Shown here: positions 1 to 8,550 of the stretch, piece after piece
How positions within the stretch are numbered: the first letter of the stretch is position 1
Layout of the letters: each line of letters opens with the position of its first letter
From: Eubacteriales bacterium
Lineage (GTDB): Bacteria; Bacillota; Clostridia; Oscillospirales; CAG-382
Length of the DNA: 64,000 nucleotides
Direction: 5' to 3'
NCBI GenBank assembly: GCA_045537905.1
Contig: JAZSQJ010000067.1
Location: 2,493 to 66,492 of the forward strand
Notes under the pieces: generated by a model
Told to the model about the DNA's origin: nothing
Database searches by the model: none
What the model saw: the letters and a program-made list of their open reading frames with translations, nothing else
Made by a program: the position numbers and the translations under genes

Positions 1-984
1 CAGGCTGCTATAAGCTACACCACCAGCCCTGTTCACAATAACGAGTTCTTTGCCGATTTCTCTGTACAGCTTGCAGAGATGGGTGCCGACTCTATTTGTA
101 TTAAAGATATGGCAGGTCTTCTTAAGCCCTATGACGCTTATGAGCTTGTTAAGGCTATCAAGGCTAAGTGTAACCTCCCCTTGGAAATACACACCCACTA
201 TACAACAGGTCTTGCTTCCATGACCATTCTTAAGGCTATCGAAGCAGGCGCCGATATAATCGATACCGCTATTTCTCCCTTCGCTATGGGTACCTCTCAG
301 CCCCCAACGGAGCCTATCGTTGCTACTCTTGCCGGCACTCCTTACGATACAGGTCTTGACCTTGATAAGCTGGACGTAGTTTCCAAGTACTTTGCAGACC
401 TTCGTACCGAGTATCTTGCAAGCGGTCTTATCGATCCTGCCGTACTTAAGGTTGACGTTAACGCACTGCGTTACCAAGTTCCCGGCGGTATGCTCTCCAA
501 CCTCGTTTCTCAGCTTAAGCAGCTTGGCAGCTTTGATAAGCTTCAGGATGTTCTTGAGGAAGTTCCTCGTGTTAGAGCTGATGCTGGTTATCCTCCTCTT
601 GTTACTCCTACCTCTCAGATCGTAGGTACACAGGCTGTTCAGAATATACTTCAGGGCGAAAGATACAAGCTCGTTACCGGCGAGTTTAAGGGTCTTGTTA
701 AGGGTGCTTACGGTCGCACACCTGCACCTATCGATCCTGATTTTGTTAAGAAGATTATCGGTGACGAGGCTCCTATTACTGCTCGTCCTGCGGACGCTCT
801 CAGTCCTGAGCTTCCTCAGCTTAAGAAGGACTGTGCAGATTACTCTATTCAGCCTGAGGACGTTCTTTCCTACGCTTTGTTTGAAAAGGTTGCTGTTAAG
901 TTCTTTGAGCAGCGTAAGAAGGACCTTGCAGAAAAAGAAGCTGATGCAAACGCTTTGTTTGTTACCAAGGTTGAAGAAGAATAA
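1..984 (+). CDS. Carboxyltransferase subunit (oxaloacetate decarboxylase alpha / transcarboxylase 5S type), 5'-truncated by the window edge, with no biotinyl domain
   Basis: Frame 1 is open from nt 1. Motifs ICIKDMAGLL, EIHTHYTTGLA and RYQVPGGMLSNL are typical of the OadA/PycB carboxyltransferase core. The protein ends ...VTKVEEE with no AMKM biotinylation motif. Confidence 0.85.
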   Translation, partial: QAAISYTTSPVHNNEFFADFSVQLAEMGADSICIKDMAGLLKPYDAYELVKAIKAKCNLPLEIHTHYTTGLASMTILKAIEAGADIIDTAISPFAMGTSQPPTEPIVATLAGTPYDTGLDLDKLDVVSKYFADLRTEYLASGLIDPAVLKVDVNALRYQVPGGMLSNLVSQLKQLGSFDKLQDVLEEVPRVRADAGYPPLVTPTSQIVGTQAVQNILQGERYKLVTGEFKGLVKGAYGRTPAPIDPDFVKKIIGDEAPITARPADALSPELPQLKKDCADYSIQPEDVLSYALFEKVAVKFFEQRKKDLAEKEADANALFVTKVEEE

Positions 985-998
985 TTATGTTTTTTCAA

Positions 999-1028
999 AG
1001 GGACGAGCTTGCTCGTTCCTTTGTGTTT
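999..1028 (+). terminator. Rho-independent terminator after the carboxyltransferase gene
   Basis: agggacgag / ctcgttcct stem (9 bp, one G-U pair), loop cttg, followed by ttgtgttt. Confidence 0.6.
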
Positions 1029-1045
1029 AAGGATGGTGTTTTTGA

Positions 1046-1669
1046 ATGATGAAAAAATCTATTTCTTGTATTTTAACTTTACTTTTAATTGCATTTAGCT
1101 TGTCTTCCTGCGGTATCGTCCCGGGTGTAAACGAAAGTCGAGGTTCCGCAAGCCTTGAGTCTATAGAAGCGTCTGAGGATTTATCTTTAGGCAATCCTTC
1201 AAGTGTTGACGTTTCGGAATCTAAAAGCCACGAAAGTAAGGATAGTGAAGAATCCTCGGCTGATATTACCGAAGAAACAAGTGACGCAATAAGTGAAGTC
1301 AGCGAGGAAAGCAAAGTCCTTATTGACGCGGAGGGCGTATATACCAGTGCTGAGGACGTGGGGCTTTATATACACACTTATGGCAAGCTGCCGGGCAATT
1401 TTATTACCAAAAGCGAGGCACGTGCTTTAGGTTGGGAAGGCGGCGGACTTGATAGGTTTGCCCCCGGTAAGTGCATAGGTGGCGACAGATTTGGTAATTA
1501 CGAGGAACTGCTTCCTGAAAAGAAGGGCAGATTTTATACCGAATGCGATATTGACACCCTTGGTAAAAGCAGCAGAGGTGCAAAACGAATAGTATTTTCC
1601 AATGACGGACTGGTATACTACACCGATGACCATTACGAAAGCTTTACTTTGTTGTACGGAGAAGAATGA
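1046..1669 (+). CDS. Barnase-family (N1/T1/Sa-type) secreted ribonuclease, predicted lipoprotein with an acidic Ser/Glu/Asp linker
   Basis: The C-terminal 110 aa align by eye with B. amyloliquefaciens barnase (YGKLPGNFITKSEARALGW, APGKCIGGDRF, YTECDI, TDDHYESF). The N-terminus has a lipobox (LSSC). The RBS is aagga. Confidence 0.9.
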   Translation: MMKKSISCILTLLLIAFSLSSCGIVPGVNESRGSASLESIEASEDLSLGNPSSVDVSESKSHESKDSEESSADITEETSDAISEVSEESKVLIDAEGVYTSAEDVGLYIHTYGKLPGNFITKSEARALGWEGGGLDRFAPGKCIGGDRFGNYEELLPEKKGRFYTECDIDTLGKSSRGAKRIVFSNDGLVYYTDDHYESFTLLYGEE

Positions 1670-1944
1670 TGAGCGATAGAATTATAAGCATTGATTGCAA
1701 CAGTATAAACAGTAAACAGGATTTACACGAAGCCTTACGCAGGGAGCTGGTTGGTGTAGAGTATTACGGCAACAATCTGGATGCACTTTACGATGCACTT
1801 ACCTCTGTTAAGGGTGTGCATTTGAATTTTGAAAACTTTTCACTCCTTTCTGAAAGGCTTGGAACTTATTACGATAAGCTGGTTAAGCTGATACTTTCGG
1901 CAACCGACGCAAACCCTGAGCTTGAAATAACGATTTCCTATTAA
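1666..1944 (+). CDS. Barstar (barnase inhibitor / immunity protein)
   Basis: YYGNNLDALYDALT and the overall 92-aa layout match barstar. The ATGA start/stop overlap with the barnase gene indicates translational coupling. Confidence 0.9.
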   Translation: MMSDRIISIDCNSINSKQDLHEALRRELVGVEYYGNNLDALYDALTSVKGVHLNFENFSLLSERLGTYYDKLVKLILSATDANPELEITISY

Positions 1945-1974
1945 GCCACAAGCGTTAAAGAGGTGAGTGATTTT

Positions 1975-2727
1975 ATGTCGGCAAAGTACATTAGCGGCAT
2001 CGAATTTGATAACGGTTTAGATAAACGCTCCTATTTACACGCTTTACCTGTTATAAAATATTTGTCAGAGGAAAAACGCTTGTCTTTTTCTTCAAACGTA
2101 ACGTTTTTTGTTGGTGAAAACGGAACGGGCAAATCCACCTTGATTGAGGCAATAGCGGTAGCTTACGGTTTTAACGCCGAAGGAGGAACAAAAAATTTTA
2201 ATTTTTCCACCAATAAAACTCATTCGGAGTTGTGTGAGCATTTAATCCTGACCAGTCGGGATTATGCCAAGGACGGCTTTTTCTTAAGGGCGGAAAGTCT
2301 TTATAACGTTGCTACAAATATAGACAGCATGGACAAATCTCCCGGTTTAAGTCGACCTATAATAGAGAGCTACGGTGGAGTTTCCCTGCACAATCAATCC
2401 CATGGCGAAAGCTTTTTGGCTATTGTTCAAAATCGCTTCAGCGGTAAGGGGCTATATATTTTAGACGAGCCCGAAGCCGCACTTTCACCTATGCGACTGC
2501 TAACCTTAATGGTGGAAATAGACGAGCTGGTGAAGAAGGACTCTCAGTTTATTATCGCAACCCACTCGCCCATATTGATGGCTTTTCCCAATGCGGAGAT
2601 TATTGAGTTTTCTCAAAACGGGCTTGAAAAAGTACATTATGAGGACACTGAGCATTTTCAAATAACAAAACAGTTTTTAGAAAACCCCGAAAGAATGCTG
2701 CATTATTTGTTGAAACATAGTGAATAA
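1975..2727 (+). CDS. Small stand-alone AAA/ABC-like ATPase (predicted ATPase, SMC/RecF-like fold)
   Basis: Walker [10 protein letters not shown], Walker B LYILDEPEAALSP, and ATHSPIL. I prefer ATG 1975 (RBS agaggtg 9 nt upstream) over the GTG 1963 in the ORF track. Confidence 0.75.
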   Translation: MSAKYISGIEFDNGLDKRSYLHALPVIKYLSEEKRLSFSSNVTFFVGENGTGKSTLIEAIAVAYGFNAEGGTKNFNFSTNKTHSELCEHLILTSRDYAKDGFFLRAESLYNVATNIDSMDKSPGLSRPIIESYGGVSLHNQSHGESFLAIVQNRFSGKGLYILDEPEAALSPMRLLTLMVEIDELVKKDSQFIIATHSPILMAFPNAEIIEFSQNGLEKVHYEDTEHFQITKQFLENPERMLHYLLKHSE

Positions 2728-2764
2728 AACGTGTGGATTTCTTGATAGTACACATTAAAACGCA

Positions 2765-2808
2765 ATACATCCGTTAATAGACTTGACAAAGCTTGTTAAC
2801 GGATGTAT
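2765..2808. repeat. 13-bp perfect inverted repeat flanking and overlapping the zur promoter
   Basis: atacatccgttaa (2765-2777) and ttaacggatgtat (2796-2808), with an 18-nt spacer that contains TTGACA. The right arm overlaps the -10. Confidence 0.8.
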
Positions 2809-2811
2809 ACT
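2783..2811 (+). promoter_or_regulatory. Sigma-A type promoter of the zur-znu operon
   Basis: TTGACA (2783-2788), 17 nt spacer, TATACT (2806-2811), about 48 nt upstream of the zur ATG. Confidence 0.55.
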
Positions 2812-2858
2812 TATATAGTAAATTAAGACTTAGTTTCAATTTTAACCGAGGTAATTGT

Positions 2859-3278
2859 ATGTCTAACGTCCAGTCTAAACAAAGATATAATACAAAGCAA
2901 GAGGGCTTGATAATCAGCTTTTTTGAAAACAATAAAAACGGGCATTTTACAGCCGATGAGGTGTGTGACAGCATTCGCTGTAGCGGCATATCCCGTGCAA
3001 CCGTTTACAGACGACTTGAAAGGCTGGTTGAGGATGGGGTGCTTATAAAGTTCAGCTTTGACGGCAAAAGCAGTGCTTGTTACAAATACTGTACAGATGA
3101 ACATTCTGCCAGTGGCACCTGTCATTTTATCTGCACTAAATGTAAGAACGTACAGCATATAGACTGTCACCTGCTTGAGGGACTACAAAGCCATCTCTCC
3201 TGTGACCATAACCTTAATATTGATAGTACACGTACCGTGTTTTACGGTGTTTGCGGAGGATGTGTATGCGAAAACTAA
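2859..3278 (+). CDS. zur: Fur-family metalloregulator, probably Zur
   Basis: Winged-helix region ISRATVYRRLERLVEDGVL plus two CxxC pairs (CTKC, CGGC). It lies directly upstream of, and overlaps, a zinc ABC importer. I chose the start at ATG 2859 (RBS gaggt) rather than 2793. Confidence 0.8.
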   Translation: MSNVQSKQRYNTKQEGLIISFFENNKNGHFTADEVCDSIRCSGISRATVYRRLERLVEDGVLIKFSFDGKSSACYKYCTDEHSASGTCHFICTKCKNVQHIDCHLLEGLQSHLSCDHNLNIDSTRTVFYGVCGGCVCEN

Positions 3279-4222
3279 AATTCCTTTGTTTATTACTGCT
3301 GCTGTGTATGCTTTTGTCCTTTGTTTGCTCCTGTGTCTCCACGGATAACAGCCAAAAAAGCGACGGAATAAGCATAGTAGCAACTCTTTTCCCTCAGTAC
3401 GATTTTGCAAAAGGTATACTTGGCGAAAAGGGAAGTGTTGTTTTATTACTCCCACCCGGTGCAGACAGCCATAGCTTTGAGCTGACCCCAACGGATATTA
3501 AAAAGATTAACAGCAGTGATGTTTTTGTTTATACGGGCCCTGATATGGAGCTGTGGGTAGACAGCATTATCTCTTCAATTAAAGACAGCGTTAAAATTAT
3601 AAACCTGTCTGCCCCTTTGTGTTTGTCCGAGGAGGAGCATAAAAACCACGACAGCGAGCACGACCACAGCGGTGTCGACCCCCACGTATGGACAAATCCC
3701 GTTTATGCTATGGTAATGCTTGATACTATTTATAAAGGCATTTGTGAGCTTGACCCCGACAATAAGGAATATTATAAAGCTAATTATGACGCTTATTATG
3801 CAGAGCTGGCATCGATAGATGCTGATATAAAGAGTATAGCAAGCCGAGCAAAGGGAAAGTGTCTGTATTTCAGCGGTAAATTTGCCTTTAATCATTTTGT
3901 TGAAGAATACGGGTTTACTTATGTTGCCCCCTTTAACAGCTGCTCTGACGTGCAAATTGAAAGTCCTGCGGCTATTAACAGCCTGATTGAGCAAATGAAG
4001 GCTAATAACGTTAAGTATGTTTTTTATGAGGAGCTGTCAAATAACAGTATACTTGATACCATAGTTGCAGAAACCAAGGCAACGCCCTTGCTGTTGCACA
4101 ACACCCATAACATAAGTAAGGATGATTACAATAAGGGAGTCAGCTATTTACAGTTAATGAAAAACAACGTTTTAAGCTTAAGAAAGGCATTGATAGATGG
4201 AGAAACTACTAAGTTGCAGTAA
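3266..4222 (+). CDS. znuA: Metal (zinc) ABC transporter substrate-binding lipoprotein, ZnuA/AdcA/TroA family
   Basis: Lipobox SFVC. His/Asp/Glu-rich loop EEEHKNHDSEHDHSGVDPHVW, typical of ZnuA. RBS GGAGGA 5 nt upstream of ATG 3266. Confidence 0.85.
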   Translation: MRKLKFLCLLLLLCMLLSFVCSCVSTDNSQKSDGISIVATLFPQYDFAKGILGEKGSVVLLLPPGADSHSFELTPTDIKKINSSDVFVYTGPDMELWVDSIISSIKDSVKIINLSAPLCLSEEEHKNHDSEHDHSGVDPHVWTNPVYAMVMLDTIYKGICELDPDNKEYYKANYDAYYAELASIDADIKSIASRAKGKCLYFSGKFAFNHFVEEYGFTYVAPFNSCSDVQIESPAAINSLIEQMKANNVKYVFYEELSNNSILDTIVAETKATPLLLHNTHNISKDDYNKGVSYLQLMKNNVLSLRKALIDGETTKLQ

Positions 4223-4907
4223 CGTATGTGTTGAATACGAAGGCAAGCAGGTTCTAAAAAACGTAAGCTTTGATATTGAGGAAAAGGATTTTGTTTGTAT
4301 AGTTGGGGAAAACGGAGCAGGGAAGTCCACTCTGACCAACGCCATACTTGGGCTCGTGCAGCTGTCCGGCGGTAGGATAAGTATGAACGGTATTACAAAA
4401 AGCGATATCGGATACCTGCCACAAAAATTAAAGGTTGCATCTAACTTTCCCGCCTCTGTAAAAGAGGTTGTTATGTCAGGCTTTGTGGGAAAAAGCTTTT
4501 TCAGCCCCTTTTATACAAAAAACCAAAAGTGCAAGGCGGACGACGCCTTGAGGCTGCTTGGTCTTGACGAGATAAAAAAACGCTCCTATCTTGAGCTTTC
4601 CGGCGGTCAACAGCAAAGGGCTTTGCTTGCAAGAGCGGTATGTGCCGCAGAAAAGCTGGTGCTTCTGGATGAGCCTGTAAGCGGTCTTGACATCAACGCA
4701 ACAGCCAACTTTTATAATTTGATATGCCATCTTAACACCCATCACGATATGGCTATACTTATGGTCTCCCACGATATAGAAACTGCCGTAAAATATTGCA
4801 GCAAGGTTTTACATTTAGGTGACGGTGTTCAGTTTTTCGGTAAGACCTCCGACTATGTAGATAGCTCAATATATAAGCGTTTTGTGCAGAAGGGGGAAGA
4901 GGTATGA
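4197..4907 (+). CDS. znuC: Zinc ABC transporter ATP-binding protein
   Basis: Walker A GENGAGKST, signature LSGGQQQR, Walker B LVLLDEP. Confidence 0.88.
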   Translation: MEKLLSCSNVCVEYEGKQVLKNVSFDIEEKDFVCIVGENGAGKSTLTNAILGLVQLSGGRISMNGITKSDIGYLPQKLKVASNFPASVKEVVMSGFVGKSFFSPFYTKNQKCKADDALRLLGLDEIKKRSYLELSGGQQQRALLARAVCAAEKLVLLDEPVSGLDINATANFYNLICHLNTHHDMAILMVSHDIETAVKYCSKVLHLGDGVQFFGKTSDYVDSSIYKRFVQKGEEV

Positions 4908-5737
4908 TTTTAGAAAACCTAAGCCTTGTTTTTACTGAAGAGTTTGCAAGAAACGCTTTTATAGTAGGTATACTTATCTCAATTTGCACCGCAATACTTG
5001 GTGTGGAGATCGTGCTTAAAAAGTATTCGATGCTTGGTGACGGTCTGTCCCACGTAAGCTTTGGTACTCTTGCGGTTGCTTCCGCTTTCAACTACGCCAG
5101 TATGGAGCTTGCCCTTGTTATAGTTATTCTTGTTGCTTTTTTACTGTTGCAAATCAGACAAAACAGTAAAATCAACGGTGATGCCGCAGTGGCTGTCGTA
5201 TCGGGTAGCTTTATGGCTATAGGTATTTTTGCTTCAAGCCTTTCAGGTGGGTCCAGTACCGAATTCAGCAGTTATATGTTTGGCAGTATTTTTGCTATCA
5301 AAGACAGCTTTTGGTTCAGCGTGGTAATGTGCAGTGTGGTAATTTTGGTGTTCTGCCTGTTTTATAATAAGATTTTTGCCGTTACCTTTGACGAAGGCTT
5401 TTCAAAGGCTACGGGCGGCAAAACAGGGCTTTACAATTTGATTATCGCAGTTTTAACTGCCGTAACGGTCGTAGTGGGAATGAAACTTATAGGCACTCTT
5501 CTTATTTCCAGCCTTACGGTATTTCCTGTGGTCGCCTCCCTCAGACTTGCAAAAAACTACCGCTTCTCGGTAGTGATTGCAGTGCTGTTTTCTTTAGCAG
5601 CTTTTGTAATCGGCTTTGTGCTGTCCTTGTGTATTAATAATATGCCTCTCAGCTCTGCGGTAATTTTCTGCAATTTGTTTATTTTGGCTTGCAGTTATCT
5701 TGTTTCTTTTTTAAGAAAACGGGGTCATCAGTCATAG
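4904..5737 (+). CDS. znuB: Zinc/metal ABC transporter permease (ABC-3 family)
   Basis: Polytopic membrane protein of about 8 TM segments. ATGA overlap with znuC. Operon context. Confidence 0.85.
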   Translation: MILENLSLVFTEEFARNAFIVGILISICTAILGVEIVLKKYSMLGDGLSHVSFGTLAVASAFNYASMELALVIVILVAFLLLQIRQNSKINGDAAVAVVSGSFMAIGIFASSLSGGSSTEFSSYMFGSIFAIKDSFWFSVVMCSVVILVFCLFYNKIFAVTFDEGFSKATGGKTGLYNLIIAVLTAVTVVVGMKLIGTLLISSLTVFPVVASLRLAKNYRFSVVIAVLFSLAAFVIGFVLSLCINNMPLSSAVIFCNLFILACSYLVSFLRKRGHQS

Positions 5738-5749
5738 AAAGGTGTTGTT

Positions 5750-7669
5750 ATGAAAAAAACGTTATATTTTTTAACCTTACAGCTTTTAATTGTTCTTACT
5801 TTGGTATCCTGTGTTGCCTTTACGGGCGGCATCAAAGGCTTTTATAATAACAACAGCGATGGGTTTTATAAAACTGTTTTCACGTCTCTTAACGGTCTCC
5901 TTTCCAATCTTGATACCGGCATAATACCTTCCTTTGAAAATGGTGCCGCAAAAATAGACGTTGACGCCACCGTCAAAAGCTACTCTGTTAACGATAAAAT
6001 GCTTAATGTAGGCAATGGAAAATACAGCGCACATTATTTGCTTACCAAGGATTTTAATTTTGAGCTTACAACAAGTCTTGACGCCTTTGGACAAAAGTCA
6101 ACAAACAGTACCGTGTCTCTGAAAGACGGCTTTTATATGAATATGCCCGATTTTGCAAAAAAACCGTTTTACTATAAAGGTAGCCAAGAGGAAGGCGTTT
6201 TTCAAAAGATAAAAAACGCTGTAGTAAAGTGCTTTAAGGAGGGTAGCTACGTAAACGGTAGTGAAAGCTACACTTTTCACGGTGTCAGCATTAAAGCGGA
6301 CACTACCGAGATTTGTCTGAACAGCGATGTTACAAGCGAACTTGTATCTCTCATAAGCGACACCGTTATTGAGACCCCCAATCTGATACTTAACTCCTTT
6401 ACAAACAAAGCCCTTGATCTGTCTTACATAGTTAACGGTGAAAAGCTTCACCTTACTTGGAAACGCTATTTTGAAGACAATGCCTTGTGCAGAGAAAGCT
6501 TTAAGGTGCACGACAACAACGGACACTATATCATATTGGATATAATAGCACAGACCTTTGACAAACAGACTAATAATGTGGAAATAAGCGTAAAAGGCTT
6601 TGACGGAAAGGGTGTATTCAATATATTTACGCTTGCTATTAACGCCGTAAATAACGAAGGTGAATACAGTACAAATGCCGATGCGCTACTTGGTGATGAG
6701 ATACATTTAGAACTGGAGAACAAAGGAAATAAAACAGGCGCAAAGGGTAAAGCCAACGTGTATTTTATGACTGATATAGGCGAGGCGGTTTTACCTGTAA
6801 GCTACAGCTGCGTGACAGAATCCGAGGGGACTAATAAATACACACTGAAAGCAGACAGTATATATCTTGGTTTTGACATAGAGCTGGTGGTTACAAAAAA
6901 TGCAACCGATAGAACACCTGTTCTTGATGAACCCGATGATTATTACGATATATCCGTGCTGGAAAATCGTTATTACTATGATGAAGCAAAAAAGTACAGC
7001 GATAAGGAATACAGCGATATAAAAGCGTTATTGTCCGGGGAAACACCCGAGCCTGATGAAGAAAAGGTGGAAGAGCCTACCGTAGACCCATTTAAGCTGG
7101 ATATAAACTACGATTACAGTGTTATATACGATACAGAAGGCTCCTACGGAAAACAGTACGTAGATTTACTGCAATCGGATAACTTTAGCTTTACGTATTC
7201 GTATCACGAGCAAAAGGAAGGCTATCCCGTAAATACCTGTACTCAGTATAAAGCAGACGGGAAGAATATGTACAAGTATAACTACGCCGACGGAACAGAA
7301 TATATACAGCTTTTCTCGGGTACGACAAGATACGAAGTAAGGCACGACCTTAAAAAGATTTTGTTTACCGAGTACAGCGAGGAGGATTTCAAAATCTATT
7401 ATCCCGAGGCTGTTTATAAGTTTTATGAAAGCGGATTTTGTAATTACGATAACCGAGAGCTTGTTTACGAAAGATACTACGATTACTCAAATAATAAGTA
7501 CACCTTTGTTTTTGACGAAAACAAAGAGATTGAGCTTATGATAATAGAGGACAGCGCTACAAAGGAAGAAATGTATACCTTTGTAGACAGCATTTCTGAA
7601 ACAGTGCCTGAAAACGTAATGCAACTTCCGTCTTATGAGTACGAATCCGTTCTTGACCATTTCCAGTAA
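5750..7669 (+). CDS. Hypothetical 639-aa lipoprotein with no recognisable family
   Basis: Lipobox LVSC and RBS gaaagg. It starts 12 nt after znuB. The sequence is Tyr/Asn/Asp/Glu/Lys-rich and I can name no motif. Confidence 0.6.
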   Translation: MKKTLYFLTLQLLIVLTLVSCVAFTGGIKGFYNNNSDGFYKTVFTSLNGLLSNLDTGIIPSFENGAAKIDVDATVKSYSVNDKMLNVGNGKYSAHYLLTKDFNFELTTSLDAFGQKSTNSTVSLKDGFYMNMPDFAKKPFYYKGSQEEGVFQKIKNAVVKCFKEGSYVNGSESYTFHGVSIKADTTEICLNSDVTSELVSLISDTVIETPNLILNSFTNKALDLSYIVNGEKLHLTWKRYFEDNALCRESFKVHDNNGHYIILDIIAQTFDKQTNNVEISVKGFDGKGVFNIFTLAINAVNNEGEYSTNADALLGDEIHLELENKGNKTGAKGKANVYFMTDIGEAVLPVSYSCVTESEGTNKYTLKADSIYLGFDIELVVTKNATDRTPVLDEPDDYYDISVLENRYYYDEAKKYSDKEYSDIKALLSGETPEPDEEKVEEPTVDPFKLDINYDYSVIYDTEGSYGKQYVDLLQSDNFSFTYSYHEQKEGYPVNTCTQYKADGKNMYKYNYADGTEYIQLFSGTTRYEVRHDLKKILFTEYSEEDFKIYYPEAVYKFYESGFCNYDNRELVYERYYDYSNNKYTFVFDENKEIELMIIEDSATKEEMYTFVDSISETVPENVMQLPSYEYESVLDHFQ

Positions 7670-7682
7670 AATCCATAAAAAC

Positions 7683-7712
7683 GATAGGGAGACACTTTGC
7701 GGCCTCCCTATC
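7683..7712. terminator. GC-rich hairpin in the convergent intergenic region
   Basis: gatagggag / ctccctatc stem with a 12-nt loop. The U-tract is present only when read on the minus strand (A-run 7677-7681). Confidence 0.45.
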
Positions 7713-7723
7713 AAAAATTACAG

Positions 7724-7757
7724 TCTATTATACAAAATGACAATTTTGTATAATAGA
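7724..7757. repeat. 15-bp perfect AT-rich inverted repeat
   Basis: tctattatacaaaat, loop gaca, attttgtataataga. Each arm reads TGTATAAT (an extended -10-like element) pointing outward. Confidence 0.8.
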
Positions 7758-7776
7758 GAGGTGGTAAAACAGTATA

Positions 7777-7809
7777 AAGAAAGCACTTAGGACTCCTAAG
7801 TGCTTTCTT
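7777..7809. terminator. Bidirectional terminator between convergent genes
   Basis: 15-bp perfect stem aagaaagcacttagg / cctaagtgctttctt with loop act. T-rich flanks on both strands. Confidence 0.7.
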
Positions 7810-7860
7810 CTTGCGGTGGTTATAAAAAACGGCTTAAATACAGGTTTTTTGCATGTTCTC

Positions 7861-8550
7861 TTATAGTACTATAAAACCGCCGTAATCGTACAGCGTATTA
7901 TTACTAAGGCTAATAATATTTTTATTATAGTTATTTATAAATGATTTTATATTATTATAATCCTTATGCTTTTTTATACTACCTGTAAACGCAACGTAAC
8001 TGTCTGTTGTTAAAGATGCACCGCCAATAAATCCGTTGCTGTAACCGTTCAGCAAGATACCGTCATTACTAACCAATAACGCATCGTAGCCTTTGCTTGC
8101 AAGTTCTTTTATAATTCCTTTATCGGAGCTTATAAATGCATCGTCGGTAACTTTGACCGTACTGCAGGCGGCATAGCCTTGTTTTACCCTGCATATATCC
8201 AGCCCTGCTTTCAGTGCATCTTCTATTATTTCACTTGCAGTGCTATCTCCACAGAATAGACAATTTTTGGCAATAAAACAGTTAAATATGCAATCCAACG
8301 GATATCCGTCCCTCGGAATGCTTTTGCTGTGTATAACCTTAACAAATGTGTCCAATTTGTGAACAAAAGGGGTTTTGTCACCGCAAAGCACATCGCCCGT
8401 AGTCAGCTTATAAAACATCATATCGGGATGGTATTTTGTCTCGTTATTTATATAAGGGTTTTCCCAGTACTGTAAACACTCTATACCGAGTTCTTTAAGC
8501 TCTGCTACGATATCGGTGGCAAGTATTTTAGATGCAATTACATATTTCAT
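7861..8550 (-). CDS. Conserved hypothetical protein (229 aa, soluble)
   Basis: Long ORF whose start overlaps the radA stop by 4 nt. Composition is coding-like. I cannot support any family from motifs. Confidence 0.6.
   Translation of the reverse strand: MKYVIASKILATDIVAELKELGIECLQYWENPYINNETKYHPDMMFYKLTTGDVLCGDKTPFVHKLDTFVKVIHSKSIPRDGYPLDCIFNCFIAKNCLFCGDSTASEIIEDALKAGLDICRVKQGYAACSTVKVTDDAFISSDKGIIKELASKGYDALLVSNDGILLNGYSNGFIGGASLTTDSYVAFTGSIKKHKDYNNIKSFINNYNKNIISLSNNTLYDYGGFIVL

Noticed and set aside
1975-2727. The AAA ATPase next to barnase/barstar as part of a phage-defence or toxin system.
   Set aside because: It is a single small ATPase with no nuclease or effector partner and no mobile-element or island context. 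Adjacency alone is insufficient evidence.
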